From Geotalea uraniireducens Rf4 (GTDB taxonomy: Bacteria; Desulfobacterota; Desulfuromonadia; Geobacterales; Geobacteraceae), in the NCBI RefSeq assembly GCF_000016745.1, contig NC_009483.1, positions 1,890,001-1,922,000 of the forward strand: a stretch of 32,000 nt of DNA, written 5' to 3'. A program made the translations under genes and the position numbers. Below the pieces are notes generated by a model, which did no database searches, was not told the origin of the DNA, and saw nothing but the letters and a program-made list of their open reading frames with translations. This document shows positions 1-7,227 of the stretch, piece by piece. Numbering within the stretch: position 1 is the stretch's first letter; every line of letters starts with the position of its first letter.

Positions 1-57
1 AATTTTACCGGCGTTATGAAAAATTTCAACCCGGCTTCGGCAGTTGGAGAGGACTTC

Positions 58-1368
58 TTATTTTGCGCTTCCTTTCAATCGGTCCAGCACCTTTGCCTTT
101 TCCACTGCGTACTCCTCTTCCGACATGGCGCCACGCTCCACCTTGCTCTTCAAGGCGCGCAAAGCATCTTCCGCAGCTGCTGCGGGGTCTGCGGCCTTGT
201 TCTCTCCCTTGCCCGCGACATGTGCTTCTCCCCGTTCCCGCAGCCGGTTTGCCTCTGCCTTGATGTCCACAAGGTCCATCTTCAATTCGGCATTGCCGTA
301 CCAGTGGGCGTAGGCAGGGTTCTGGTGGTAGGCGCCCTTGATGGTCCGGGCATAGTCGTACTTTTTCATCTTGAAGAAGAGCCGCTCGATGTGGGAGGTG
401 TCCTCATAGAGCATCTGGTTGTCGGTGACCAGCTTCCTGCCGCTTAAGGGGTGCTCGGGGCGCTGTTCCGGCATCGGGTCGAGGAGGCCGTGGTCGGACA
501 GGTCCCAGATGATCTTTTCCGCTTCCTTGAGAATAGTCAGGCTCTGGCTGCGGACCGCGTCACCTCGTGCCAGGTCCTTGCGGGCGAACTCGGGTGCATG
601 GCACTGGCTGCAGATTTGCAGCATCTCTTTGCGGGCCGGTTCGGCCTGCTTTGCCGGGTAGGGGGCGCCGCCGGAACTCATGGTGATGCCGAAGGAGACG
701 TTGTGGCTTCCTTTGGGCATGTGGCAGGTCTGGCAGGTGGGGCCGGTGCTGATGCCGGCCGTGGCGTTGAGGGTGCCGTGCAGGGAGGTCTGCCACATCT
801 CCCACTGGGGGTGGTCCGGTCCCATGTGGCACTTGGCGCAGGAGTTGGGATCGCGGACGATGGCCAGGCTTGTGTTGTGGTTGGTGTGGCAGGAGGCGCA
901 GGAGCTTTCCACGTTGTGGCAATAGTTGCAGCCGATCTCTGCCATCTCGCTCGTTTGCTTGAGGAATCGGGCGCACTGGACCCCGGACAGGGGCGCGGTG
1001 CTCCCCTCCTCATGGCAGAAGCGGCATTCAGCGGGATCGCGGTTGGCCAGGTTGCGGGTGCAGCCCCAGCCGGAATGGAGTCCCATGCCGTGGCGGCTCG
1101 CCTTGTGTTCCTTGAACGCCTTCTGGTGGCAGGGGCCGCAGACCTTCATGTCGACCCTCGCCTCACCCTTGACGATCTTGTCATGGTCGCTGCCGTGGCA
1201 TTTCTCGCAGCCTATCCTGGCCCGGGCATGGGCGCTGGTTTCCCACTGGTGAACGGCCGCCGGAGTTTTTTCCCGGTGGCAGGGGATGCACTCTTCGGCT
1301 GCTGCCGGGTGCGATAAGGAAATGGCGACGATGACGACGAGCGCCAACTGTGCGATGCGGTTTTTCAT
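58..1368 (-). CDS. Exported multiheme c-type cytochrome, hydroxylamine-oxidoreductase (HAO)-like, with SHOCT-like C-terminal tail
   Basis: ORF 58..1434 trimmed to ATG at 1368, giving MKNRIAQLALVVIVAISLSHPAAA (Sec-type signal). This ATG overlaps the upstream gene's stop (ATGA, 1365-1368). Nine CXXCH motifs counted: CIPCH, CEKCH, CGPCH, CRFCH, CNYCH, CASCH, CAKCH, CQTCH, CSQCH. Motif spacing and the NPAYAHWYGNAE region recall the HAO/octaheme family (from memory). The last ~30 aa, LRALKSKVERGAMSEEEYAVEKAKVLDRL, fit the SHOCT pattern. Confidence 0.8.
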   Translation of the reverse strand: MKNRIAQLALVVIVAISLSHPAAAEECIPCHREKTPAAVHQWETSAHARARIGCEKCHGSDHDKIVKGEARVDMKVCGPCHQKAFKEHKASRHGMGLHSGWGCTRNLANRDPAECRFCHEEGSTAPLSGVQCARFLKQTSEMAEIGCNYCHNVESSCASCHTNHNTSLAIVRDPNSCAKCHMGPDHPQWEMWQTSLHGTLNATAGISTGPTCQTCHMPKGSHNVSFGITMSSGGAPYPAKQAEPARKEMLQICSQCHAPEFARKDLARGDAVRSQSLTILKEAEKIIWDLSDHGLLDPMPEQRPEHPLSGRKLVTDNQMLYEDTSHIERLFFKMKKYDYARTIKGAYHQNPAYAHWYGNAELKMDLVDIKAEANRLRERGEAHVAGKGENKAADPAAAAEDALRALKSKVERGAMSEEEYAVEKAKVLDRLKGSAK

Positions 1369-2513
1369 TGATGTAACATCCTTTCTCGGGCGGATTGGTA
1401 GTCGGGGATGGAAATCAGCCCTTCGCTCCGCCATTTGCGCAGGGTGAGGAGGCGTTCCCTCTCCGCTGGAACCGTTTTGTCCGCCTTGGGTTCGCCAAGG
1501 CCTGAAATCATGTAGAGGTTGTCGTCGTATCTGACCAGGAGGCGTCCCCCGATCGGGGCGAAGGCCCCTTCGCTCGTCGCGGGGAAGGCGACGACTTCTT
1601 TGTCGTCCCGATACAGGCGGCCGTCGATCAGGGCATAGCGGTTGCCGGGGGACAGGGCGATGGTGCGGCCGGGAGAGGGGATGGTCGCCAGTTCTTTTTC
1701 CATCCAGGGGTCGAGCCAGTGGCTGGCATTGGCGCCGTCTCCGTAAAGGATACGTTCGCCGTCTGCGGAGTAGACCGCTCCGGCGGAGGTGACGGTGGCA
1801 CTTGCCACTTCCTTTTCAGCGCCGCTCTCCAGGTTGCGGATGAATATCTTTACGTAGGGAGAGAATGCGGGGGGATCCTGCAAGCGGGTATAGGCGATCT
1901 CGTCACTGAGTGGGGAAAGGGCGAAGGTGAAGGTCTGATAGAGTCTTTCCGCCGGCCATCTGGCGATGAACGGCCTGACCGTGGTTTCGCTGAGGGTCGT
2001 TGCCGCAGGCTTGCCGATCCCTTGCCAGCGGTAGAGCAGTCCCTTGACATTGGCGCCGAAGGACAACTGTTCGACGGTTATGGCGGCAACGAGCAATTCG
2101 TCGTTGCTTCGCCACGCCAGTTTTGTCACGTGGCCGCTGATGTCTGCTTCGCTGAGAACCGCACCGCGCATGTTGAAAATCCGCAGTGTGGCGTCTTTGC
2201 CATGGGGAAAGACGGCTGCCAGGTGCTCGCCGTCGGAAGACCAGCCGATTTCGTATGGCGCGGCGCCGAAGGGCTGGCTCTTGCCGTCGGCCGGATTATA
2301 AATCACGAAAGTATCGGCGACAAGGGCGATTTTCGTCCCGCCGTCGTTCCAGGCAAAGGGGGATGCCGGTTCGACCCTGGTCAGCCTGGTGACGGCGACC
2401 CCGTCGGGGAGGGCGCCGACAATCGGTAACCGGGCGCACCCGGTAACGAGGAGGATGGCCAGGTAGAAGGTGCTGGCGATGGTGAACGAGCGGTAACGGC
2501 GGTAAGGAAGCAT
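1365..2513 (-). CDS. Lipoprotein with PD40/TolB-type beta-propeller repeats and SHOCT-like C-terminal tail
   Basis: ATG 2513 is preceded by AAGGAGA. The N-terminus MLPYRRYRSFTIASTFYLAILLVTGC carries a lipobox (LVTG|C). Repeated x-S-x-DG-x-x-[IL] blades are present (FAWNDGGTKIAL, GWSSDGEHLAAV, VYSADGERILYG). The C-terminus LLTLRKWRSEGLISIPDYQSARERML is SHOCT-like. Confidence 0.7.
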   Translation of the reverse strand: MLPYRRYRSFTIASTFYLAILLVTGCARLPIVGALPDGVAVTRLTRVEPASPFAWNDGGTKIALVADTFVIYNPADGKSQPFGAAPYEIGWSSDGEHLAAVFPHGKDATLRIFNMRGAVLSEADISGHVTKLAWRSNDELLVAAITVEQLSFGANVKGLLYRWQGIGKPAATTLSETTVRPFIARWPAERLYQTFTFALSPLSDEIAYTRLQDPPAFSPYVKIFIRNLESGAEKEVASATVTSAGAVYSADGERILYGDGANASHWLDPWMEKELATIPSPGRTIALSPGNRYALIDGRLYRDDKEVVAFPATSEGAFAPIGGRLLVRYDDNLYMISGLGEPKADKTVPAERERLLTLRKWRSEGLISIPDYQSARERMLHQ

Positions 2514-2561
2514 GGATGTCTCCTTGCAGAAATGGTTCCGGCCGGAAAGGTGCTTTGGATC

Positions 2562-3194
2562 TTACCCGGCCGGATATTCCGCCAGACCGCGCAACGTTTC
2601 CTTCAGCTCGTACGCTGCAATGGCAAACAGCCGGTCGAGGAGTTTTCCGGTCAGGTCGGGGGGGAAAAGGGGCAATGCCAAGCGGTAGATAAGGTCGAGG
2701 AACGAGTCATGGCGGTTTTCCTCAAGGAAAAGCGTACCGTACTGATTCACCGGGGCATAGAGGAACGCGTCTTCCATGACCGCCTCGTCCTCGCTGTAGT
2801 AGGGGAGGAGCATTTCCAGGGAAAGGCAGAGCCCCTGGCCGGTCACGTCTTCCGCTACGTAGACGAGTATCTCGTCCTGCTGGGTGCCGCCATGCTCAGC
2901 TGTTTCCGGGCAGACCACGCCGGCAGGGAGAACCAGCAGCCGGCCATGGCGGGGGTCGAGGCCGTACGGCCATCCCTTGCCGCCCAGAAACCGTTCAAGC
3001 TCCTCATAGACATTCTTCTGCAACTGGTCCATGTCCTGATAGAACTCGGGGCGAAAGATGTCCCGTTTTGTGGCCAGTTCCTCAAAGGAAATGAAGTCAT
3101 CTTCGCTGGTCGAAGGACGGGGATTCCGTTTTTCTGCGTTGTTTACCACCAGCCGCAGATGCGGCCGGTTTTCTCTGTCATTGTCATGTGTCAT
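2562..3194 (-). CDS. Hypothetical acidic cytoplasmic protein (possibly YbjN/chaperone-like; not recognised with certainty)
   Basis: 210-aa ORF with G/C-rich third codon positions typical of this window and a balanced acidic composition. The overlapping + strand ORF 2532..3218 has a shadow-like R/G/V-rich composition. AAGGA lies upstream of ATG 3194. Confidence 0.55.
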   Translation of the reverse strand: MTHDNDRENRPHLRLVVNNAEKRNPRPSTSEDDFISFEELATKRDIFRPEFYQDMDQLQKNVYEELERFLGGKGWPYGLDPRHGRLLVLPAGVVCPETAEHGGTQQDEILVYVAEDVTGQGLCLSLEMLLPYYSEDEAVMEDAFLYAPVNQYGTLFLEENRHDSFLDLIYRLALPLFPPDLTGKLLDRLFAIAAYELKETLRGLAEYPAG

Positions 3195-3432
3195 GGGGAT
3201 GCAATCCTTATCTGTTGATTCGTTGTTTATTTCTATTTACTTTGCCCTTTCGTACGGGTCACGGAGCATTTCACGAGCCAGCAGCACGGTCTGAACGGAT
3301 GTCACCTTAATACCTTTTTAAACCAGATGGTGTCAAGTGATTGCAGCAATGAACCGCTGGTCCTGACTGGAAACCATTTACGGTCGCGGACAACCAAATT
3401 TCTCCAGCCCTTGAATTAGACGTAGCCCACAT

Positions 3433-3438
3433 TATACT
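3433..3438 (+). promoter_or_regulatory. Candidate sigma70-type promoter for bfr (TTGAAT 3411-3416, N16, TATACT 3433-3438)
   Basis: Hexamers read directly from the sequence. They lie in the divergent intergenic region about 125 nt upstream of the bfr ATG. Confidence 0.3.
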
Positions 3439-3509
3439 TGAAATCAAGAGTCGTGTAAATCCGGGCTACGGGCCGTAGTCATCGGCCGGTTTCAATCATT
3501 GCGTCGTAT

Positions 3510-3526
3510 CTGTATTGGCAATACAG
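3510..3526. promoter_or_regulatory. Perfect 8-1-8 palindrome CTGTATTG-G-CAATACAG, candidate operator in the bfr leader
   Basis: Read directly. The 7-1-7 core TGTATTG-N-CAATACA has the geometry of Fur-family boxes but not the canonical Fur sequence. It sits 37 nt upstream of the bfr ATG. Confidence 0.4.
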
Positions 3527-3562
3527 CATGGTATGCCATCCATGCATAAAGGGGGGCAAGAT

Positions 3563-4030
3563 ATGAAGGGAAGCGAGCGGGTCATCGAGCAGTTGAACGC
3601 GAGGCTGGTCGAGGAGCTTACGGCCATCAACCAGTATATGGTCCATGCGGAGATGTGCGAAAACTGGGGGTACGAACGGCTGCACAAGGCGATTGAGAGT
3701 CGCTCCATGGCTGAGATGAGGCATGCCGAGAAGCTCATAGCCCGCATCCTCTTCCTTGACGGTCGCCCCATCGTCAGTAATCTGAACAAGATACATATCG
3801 GCGCCGAGGTTGAAAAGATGCATCAGAACGACCACGTTTACGAGCTTGACGCCATCCGCGGCTACAACGAGAGCATCCGGGTGGCGGTCGAGGAAGGGGA
3901 CAACGGCTCCCGCGACCTGTTCCAGTCGATCCTCGATGAGGAAGAGGGGCACATCGACTGGATCGAGGCGCAGTTCGACCAAATCAGCCAGATGGGAATC
4001 CAGACCTATCTGGCTGAGCAGATTGAGTGA
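3563..4030 (+). CDS. bfr: Bacterioferritin
   Basis: ORF trimmed to ATG 3563, preceded by AAAGGGGGG. MKGSERVIEQLNARLVEELTAINQYMVHAEM... shows ferroxidase-centre residues in Bfr-like positions (EEL, AEMRHAEKL, EEEGHIDWIE) and the heme-ligand Met in SMAEMRHAE. The 155-aa length is typical. Confidence 0.9.
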   Translation: MKGSERVIEQLNARLVEELTAINQYMVHAEMCENWGYERLHKAIESRSMAEMRHAEKLIARILFLDGRPIVSNLNKIHIGAEVEKMHQNDHVYELDAIRGYNESIRVAVEEGDNGSRDLFQSILDEEEGHIDWIEAQFDQISQMGIQTYLAEQIE

Positions 4031-4055
4031 GCGGGCGAATTGCCTTTATTCCCGA

Positions 4056-4223
4056 TTATTGCCCAACCGGCGAAGCAAAGAGCACATTGGATGCCGACGT
4101 CGGGTGTAGTGAATGGTACACACCGCAGTTGGGACAGCGCAAAATTTTCACTAGCGCGTCTTCGTCAGCAGCTTCCGTGCTGGTCTTGCAAAGGACGGAC
4201 GACTCGCAACAGGGGCAGCGCAT
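4056..4223 (-). CDS. Possible small zinc-ribbon protein (55 aa)
   Basis: MRCPCCESS...(22 aa)...CPNCGVYH gives a CxxC...CxxC pair. Third-position G/C bias is similar to neighbouring genes. No clear SD. Longer versions of the ORF (to 4313/4403) collide with the helicase leader. Confidence 0.3.
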   Translation of the reverse strand: MRCPCCESSVLCKTSTEAADEDALVKILRCPNCGVYHSLHPTSASNVLFASPVGQ

Positions 4224-4353
4224 GAGATGGTGATGGGCTGCCTTCACTCCCTCTCCAACTGCTATTTCAGGATTATCCGCTTGACATGTTTTACCCAAAG
4301 CTGTTACGTTCATGACAGTTGATCGCAGCTCCCGGATAAGAAACTTCATCGTA

Positions 4354-4383
4354 AGCCCCGGAAAATACCGGGGCTTTTTTTTT
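4354..4383 (+). terminator. Rho-independent terminator-like hairpin inside the helicase leader
   Basis: AGCCCCGG (4354-4361), loop AAAATA, CCGGGGCT (4368-4375), followed by a run of T to 4383. It ends 7 nt before the GAAGGAG SD of the helicase gene. Confidence 0.6.
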
Positions 4384-4401
4384 ACAGAAAGAAGGAGATT
4401 C

Positions 4402-5745
4402 ATGAATTTTCAATCATTCGATTTTCACCCCGATGTAGCGGCCGGCGTAACGGCAGCAGGCTATGCCAGCCCCACGCCGATCCAGGCACAGGCAATTCCG
4501 CCGGTTATGCTCGGACGCGATGTCATGGGCCTGGCTCAGACCGGTACCGGCAAGACGGCCGCCTTTGCATTGCCGATCCTGCACCGCTTGATGCAGGGGA
4601 AACAGGGACACGTCCGTGCCTTGATCGTTGCCCCCACTCGCGAGCTGGCGGAGCAGATTCACGAGTCGATCAGTGCTCTGGGACGGCAGACCCGCCTCCG
4701 CAGCATCACCGTTTATGGCGGTGTCAACATTAACCCGCAGATACAGAAGCTCAAAAGCGGCGTCGAGATTGTCGTGGCCTGTCCGGGGCGGCTCCTCGAC
4801 CACATCGGCCAAGGCACGATCGACGTCTCCCGGGTCGAGGTGCTGGTCCTCGACGAGGCGGATCAGATGTTCGATATGGGCTTTTTCCCGGACATACGGC
4901 GGATACTGAAACATCTCCCCAAACAGCGTCAGACCCTGCTTTTTTCTGCCACCATGCCCGACGAAATCCGGCGTCTGGCCCACGAGGTTCTGAACGATCC
5001 GGTCACGGTTCAGGTTGGCAATACCGCACCGCCGGTCACGGTCAGCCATGCCCTCTACCCGGTCGAGCAGCATCTCAAGACCCCCCTGCTCCTTGAGCTT
5101 CTTCGCCATACCGACACCGAGTCGGTGCTGGTGTTCACCCGTACCAAGCATCGCGCCAAGCGCCTGGGGGAACAGCTTGAAAAGGCCGGCTACCGGGCCG
5201 CATCGTTGCAAGGCAACCTCTCACAGAACCGGCGCCAGGCTGCGCTTGACGGGTTTCGCGACGGCACCTTCCAGATCCTGGTGGCGACCGACATTGCTGC
5301 GCGAGGTATTGACGTTTCCCAGATCTCCCATGTGGTCAACTACGACATTCCCGACACAGCAGAGGCTTACGTCCACCGTATCGGACGGACCGGCCGCGCT
5401 GCCCGCAGCGGCGATGCCTTCACCCTGGTGACCAGTGAGGATACAGCCATGGTTCGCGCCATCGAACGCGCCTTGAAAAGTTCCTTGGAGCGCCGCACCG
5501 TGGAAGGATTCGACTACAGTGTGCCTGCGCCGAAGAAGGATACCGAGTTCGTCCGCCCGCCGCGCGAACCGCAGAACCGTAAACCCGTCGCAGCAAAGAA
5601 GGGTACTGCACAAGGCTCACCCCATAACCAGGCTGGTACGGCCAAGCCGAAAGCCACCGGACGCGCGCAACAGCAGCCCGGCCAGACCGCCCATACTGCC
5701 GGTGCGCCGCAGCGGCGCGTCAATCGTTCTCGCCGCAGCCACTGA
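4402..5745 (+). CDS. rhlE: DEAD-box ATP-dependent RNA helicase (RhlE-like) with basic low-complexity tail
   Basis: ATG 4402 follows GAAGGAG (4391-4397). Motifs present: AQTGTGKT, PTRELA, VLDEADQMF (DEAD), SAT, HRIGRTGR. The C-terminus is rich in K/R/Q/P. The upstream ORF extension (4312-4401) contains the terminator hairpin. Confidence 0.92.
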   Translation: MNFQSFDFHPDVAAGVTAAGYASPTPIQAQAIPPVMLGRDVMGLAQTGTGKTAAFALPILHRLMQGKQGHVRALIVAPTRELAEQIHESISALGRQTRLRSITVYGGVNINPQIQKLKSGVEIVVACPGRLLDHIGQGTIDVSRVEVLVLDEADQMFDMGFFPDIRRILKHLPKQRQTLLFSATMPDEIRRLAHEVLNDPVTVQVGNTAPPVTVSHALYPVEQHLKTPLLLELLRHTDTESVLVFTRTKHRAKRLGEQLEKAGYRAASLQGNLSQNRRQAALDGFRDGTFQILVATDIAARGIDVSQISHVVNYDIPDTAEAYVHRIGRTGRAARSGDAFTLVTSEDTAMVRAIERALKSSLERRTVEGFDYSVPAPKKDTEFVRPPREPQNRKPVAAKKGTAQGSPHNQAGTAKPKATGRAQQQPGQTAHTAGAPQRRVNRSRRSH

Positions 5746-5770
5746 TGCTGCCGAAGCATAAAATAGAAAA

Positions 5771-5807
5771 GGGGATGGGCTGATCAGCCCGCCCCCTTTT
5801 TTCTTTT
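5771..5807 (+). terminator. Rho-independent terminator after the helicase gene
   Basis: GGGGATGGGC / TGATCA loop / GCCCGCCCCC, followed by TTTTTTCTTTT. Confidence 0.7.
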
Positions 5808-5881
5808 CTACTCGCATCCCATTGTTGCCAATGATCGGAAATGTATTAAAATTGCGTAAGACTTGGTGGGTGGGAGGACGT

Positions 5882-7177
5882 ATGTTCGTTATGCCCGTTA
5901 CCGGCCCTGACCGAATGGTACAGGAGAGCCTTGCTTTTCTGCAAAAACTTCTTGCGGATCATCATCCGCGTAACTTTGACGTGCAGTTCTGGGATGGGAC
6001 AATCTGGCATGCCGAGCCCGGCCTGCCGGTAAGTTTTACGCTCGTTCTCAACCACCCTGGCGCATTACGCCGCATGTTCTGGCCGCCGAACCAGCTTACC
6101 CTCGGCGAAGCCTTTATCTACGATGATTTTGACATAAAAGGCGATATCCTTGAGGCCTTTGCACTGGCAGATACTCTGATCAATCTCCGTTGGAGCCTGT
6201 TCGAGAAAATGCATTACGGCAGGTATCTTCTTTCGTTACCGACCAGAGCTGATTCCCATGCTGCACAGAGAGGAGCGCTGCTCAAAGGAGCGCTTCATTC
6301 CAGGCAGCGCGACCAACAGGCGGTCACCTACCACTACAATGTTTCCAACGATTTCTACAGAATCTGGCTGGATGAAGGGATGGTCTATTCCTGCGGCTAT
6401 TTCGCTGCATCAGAGGATAGCCTTGATCTGGCACAGAAACGAAAGCTCGACTATATTTGCCGCAAGTTGCGGCTTAAGGCCGGAGAACGCTTTCTGGACA
6501 TAGGGTGTGGCTGGGGCAGCCTGGTGATGCATGCCGCAGAGAACTACGGGGTGGATGCGTTTGGGATCACCCTTAGTCAGCCGCAGGCCGAACTCGCAAA
6601 GGAGCGTATCCGACGGCTGGGGTTGGAAAACCGTTGTCGTGTGGAGGTTTGCGACTACCGCGAGGTACTCGGAGAGAGTCGGTTCGACAAGCTGGCCAGC
6701 ATCGGTATGTTCGAGCACGTGGGAACATCACACCTGCAGGAGTATTTCGAGCGAGCCTGGCGGCTTCTCAAACCTGGCGGCGTATTTCTCAACCATGGCA
6801 TCGCCGGCAGCCTCAGCGAGCCTTTTCCTGACGGGCCTTCATTCGTAGATCGTTACGTGTTTCCCGACGGCGAGCTGTTGCCGATAAGTACTACCATCCG
6901 TTCCGCCGAGCAGAGCGGATTCGAGGTCCGTGACCTGGAAAGCCTGCGGGAGCATTACGCATTAACGTTGCGACACTGGGTCCGGCGTCTGGAAGGGGCG
7001 AGTGACGTGGTGCGCCGGGTTACCGATGAGATGACTTACCGGATCTGGCGGCTCTACATGGCTGGTTCGGCTTACAACTTCGACCATGGCCGGCTCAACA
7101 TATACCAGGCGCTTTTGGTAAAGCCCGCCAGGGGGAGAAGCATGCTGCCGCTTACCCGTTCCGACTGGTATGCATGA
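5882..7177 (+). CDS. cfa: Cyclopropane-fatty-acyl-phospholipid synthase family SAM-dependent methyltransferase
   Basis: YHYNVSNDFYRIWLDEGMVYSCGYF and the SAM motif LDIGCGWGSLVMHAAE are characteristic of the CFA synthase/mycolic acid methyltransferase family. Start placed at ATG 5882 after GGGAGGA; ATG 5831 and TTG 5822 lack an SD. Confidence 0.85.
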   Translation: MFVMPVTGPDRMVQESLAFLQKLLADHHPRNFDVQFWDGTIWHAEPGLPVSFTLVLNHPGALRRMFWPPNQLTLGEAFIYDDFDIKGDILEAFALADTLINLRWSLFEKMHYGRYLLSLPTRADSHAAQRGALLKGALHSRQRDQQAVTYHYNVSNDFYRIWLDEGMVYSCGYFAASEDSLDLAQKRKLDYICRKLRLKAGERFLDIGCGWGSLVMHAAENYGVDAFGITLSQPQAELAKERIRRLGLENRCRVEVCDYREVLGESRFDKLASIGMFEHVGTSHLQEYFERAWRLLKPGGVFLNHGIAGSLSEPFPDGPSFVDRYVFPDGELLPISTTIRSAEQSGFEVRDLESLREHYALTLRHWVRRLEGASDVVRRVTDEMTYRIWRLYMAGSAYNFDHGRLNIYQALLVKPARGRSMLPLTRSDWYA

Positions 7178-7227
7178 TTATTTTTCTCCCGCATAAGAAA
7201 GAACGGAAATAGCGGTGACACTTATAA

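Noticed and set aside
451-1317. 288-aa + strand ORF (and nested ORFs 560..976, 678..1013, 926..1252) overlapping the cytochrome gene
   Set aside because: It is antisense or out of frame to a gene with nine CXXCH motifs. The composition is A/G/R/V-rich, typical of shadow frames in high-G+C DNA. No motifs and no SD.
1719-2429. 236-aa + strand ORF opposite the beta-propeller lipoprotein gene
   Set aside because: Shadow ORF. The minus-strand frame has a lipobox, PD40-type repeats and an SD; this frame has none.
2532-3218. 228-aa + strand ORF fully overlapping the 210-aa minus-strand ORF
   Set aside because: The two frames cannot both be real. The minus frame has host-like G/C third positions and a natural acidic composition. 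The + frame is R/G/V/L-rich and ends in a Cys/His-rich junk tail.
4333-4346. 14-mer CGGATAAGAAACTT shared with 20124..20137
   Set aside because: My rough estimate is that a few exact 14-mer coincidences are expected by chance among all position pairs in 32 kb on both strands. There is no extended similarity around it.
4312-4401. N-terminal extension of the helicase ORF (MTVDRSSRIRNF...)
   Set aside because: It contains the terminator hairpin and T run. A strong GAAGGAG SD precedes the internal ATG at 4402, where similarity to RhlE-type N-termini begins.
4414-5211. 265-aa minus-strand ORF inside the helicase gene
   Set aside because: Antisense shadow of a gene with the full set of DEAD-box motifs.
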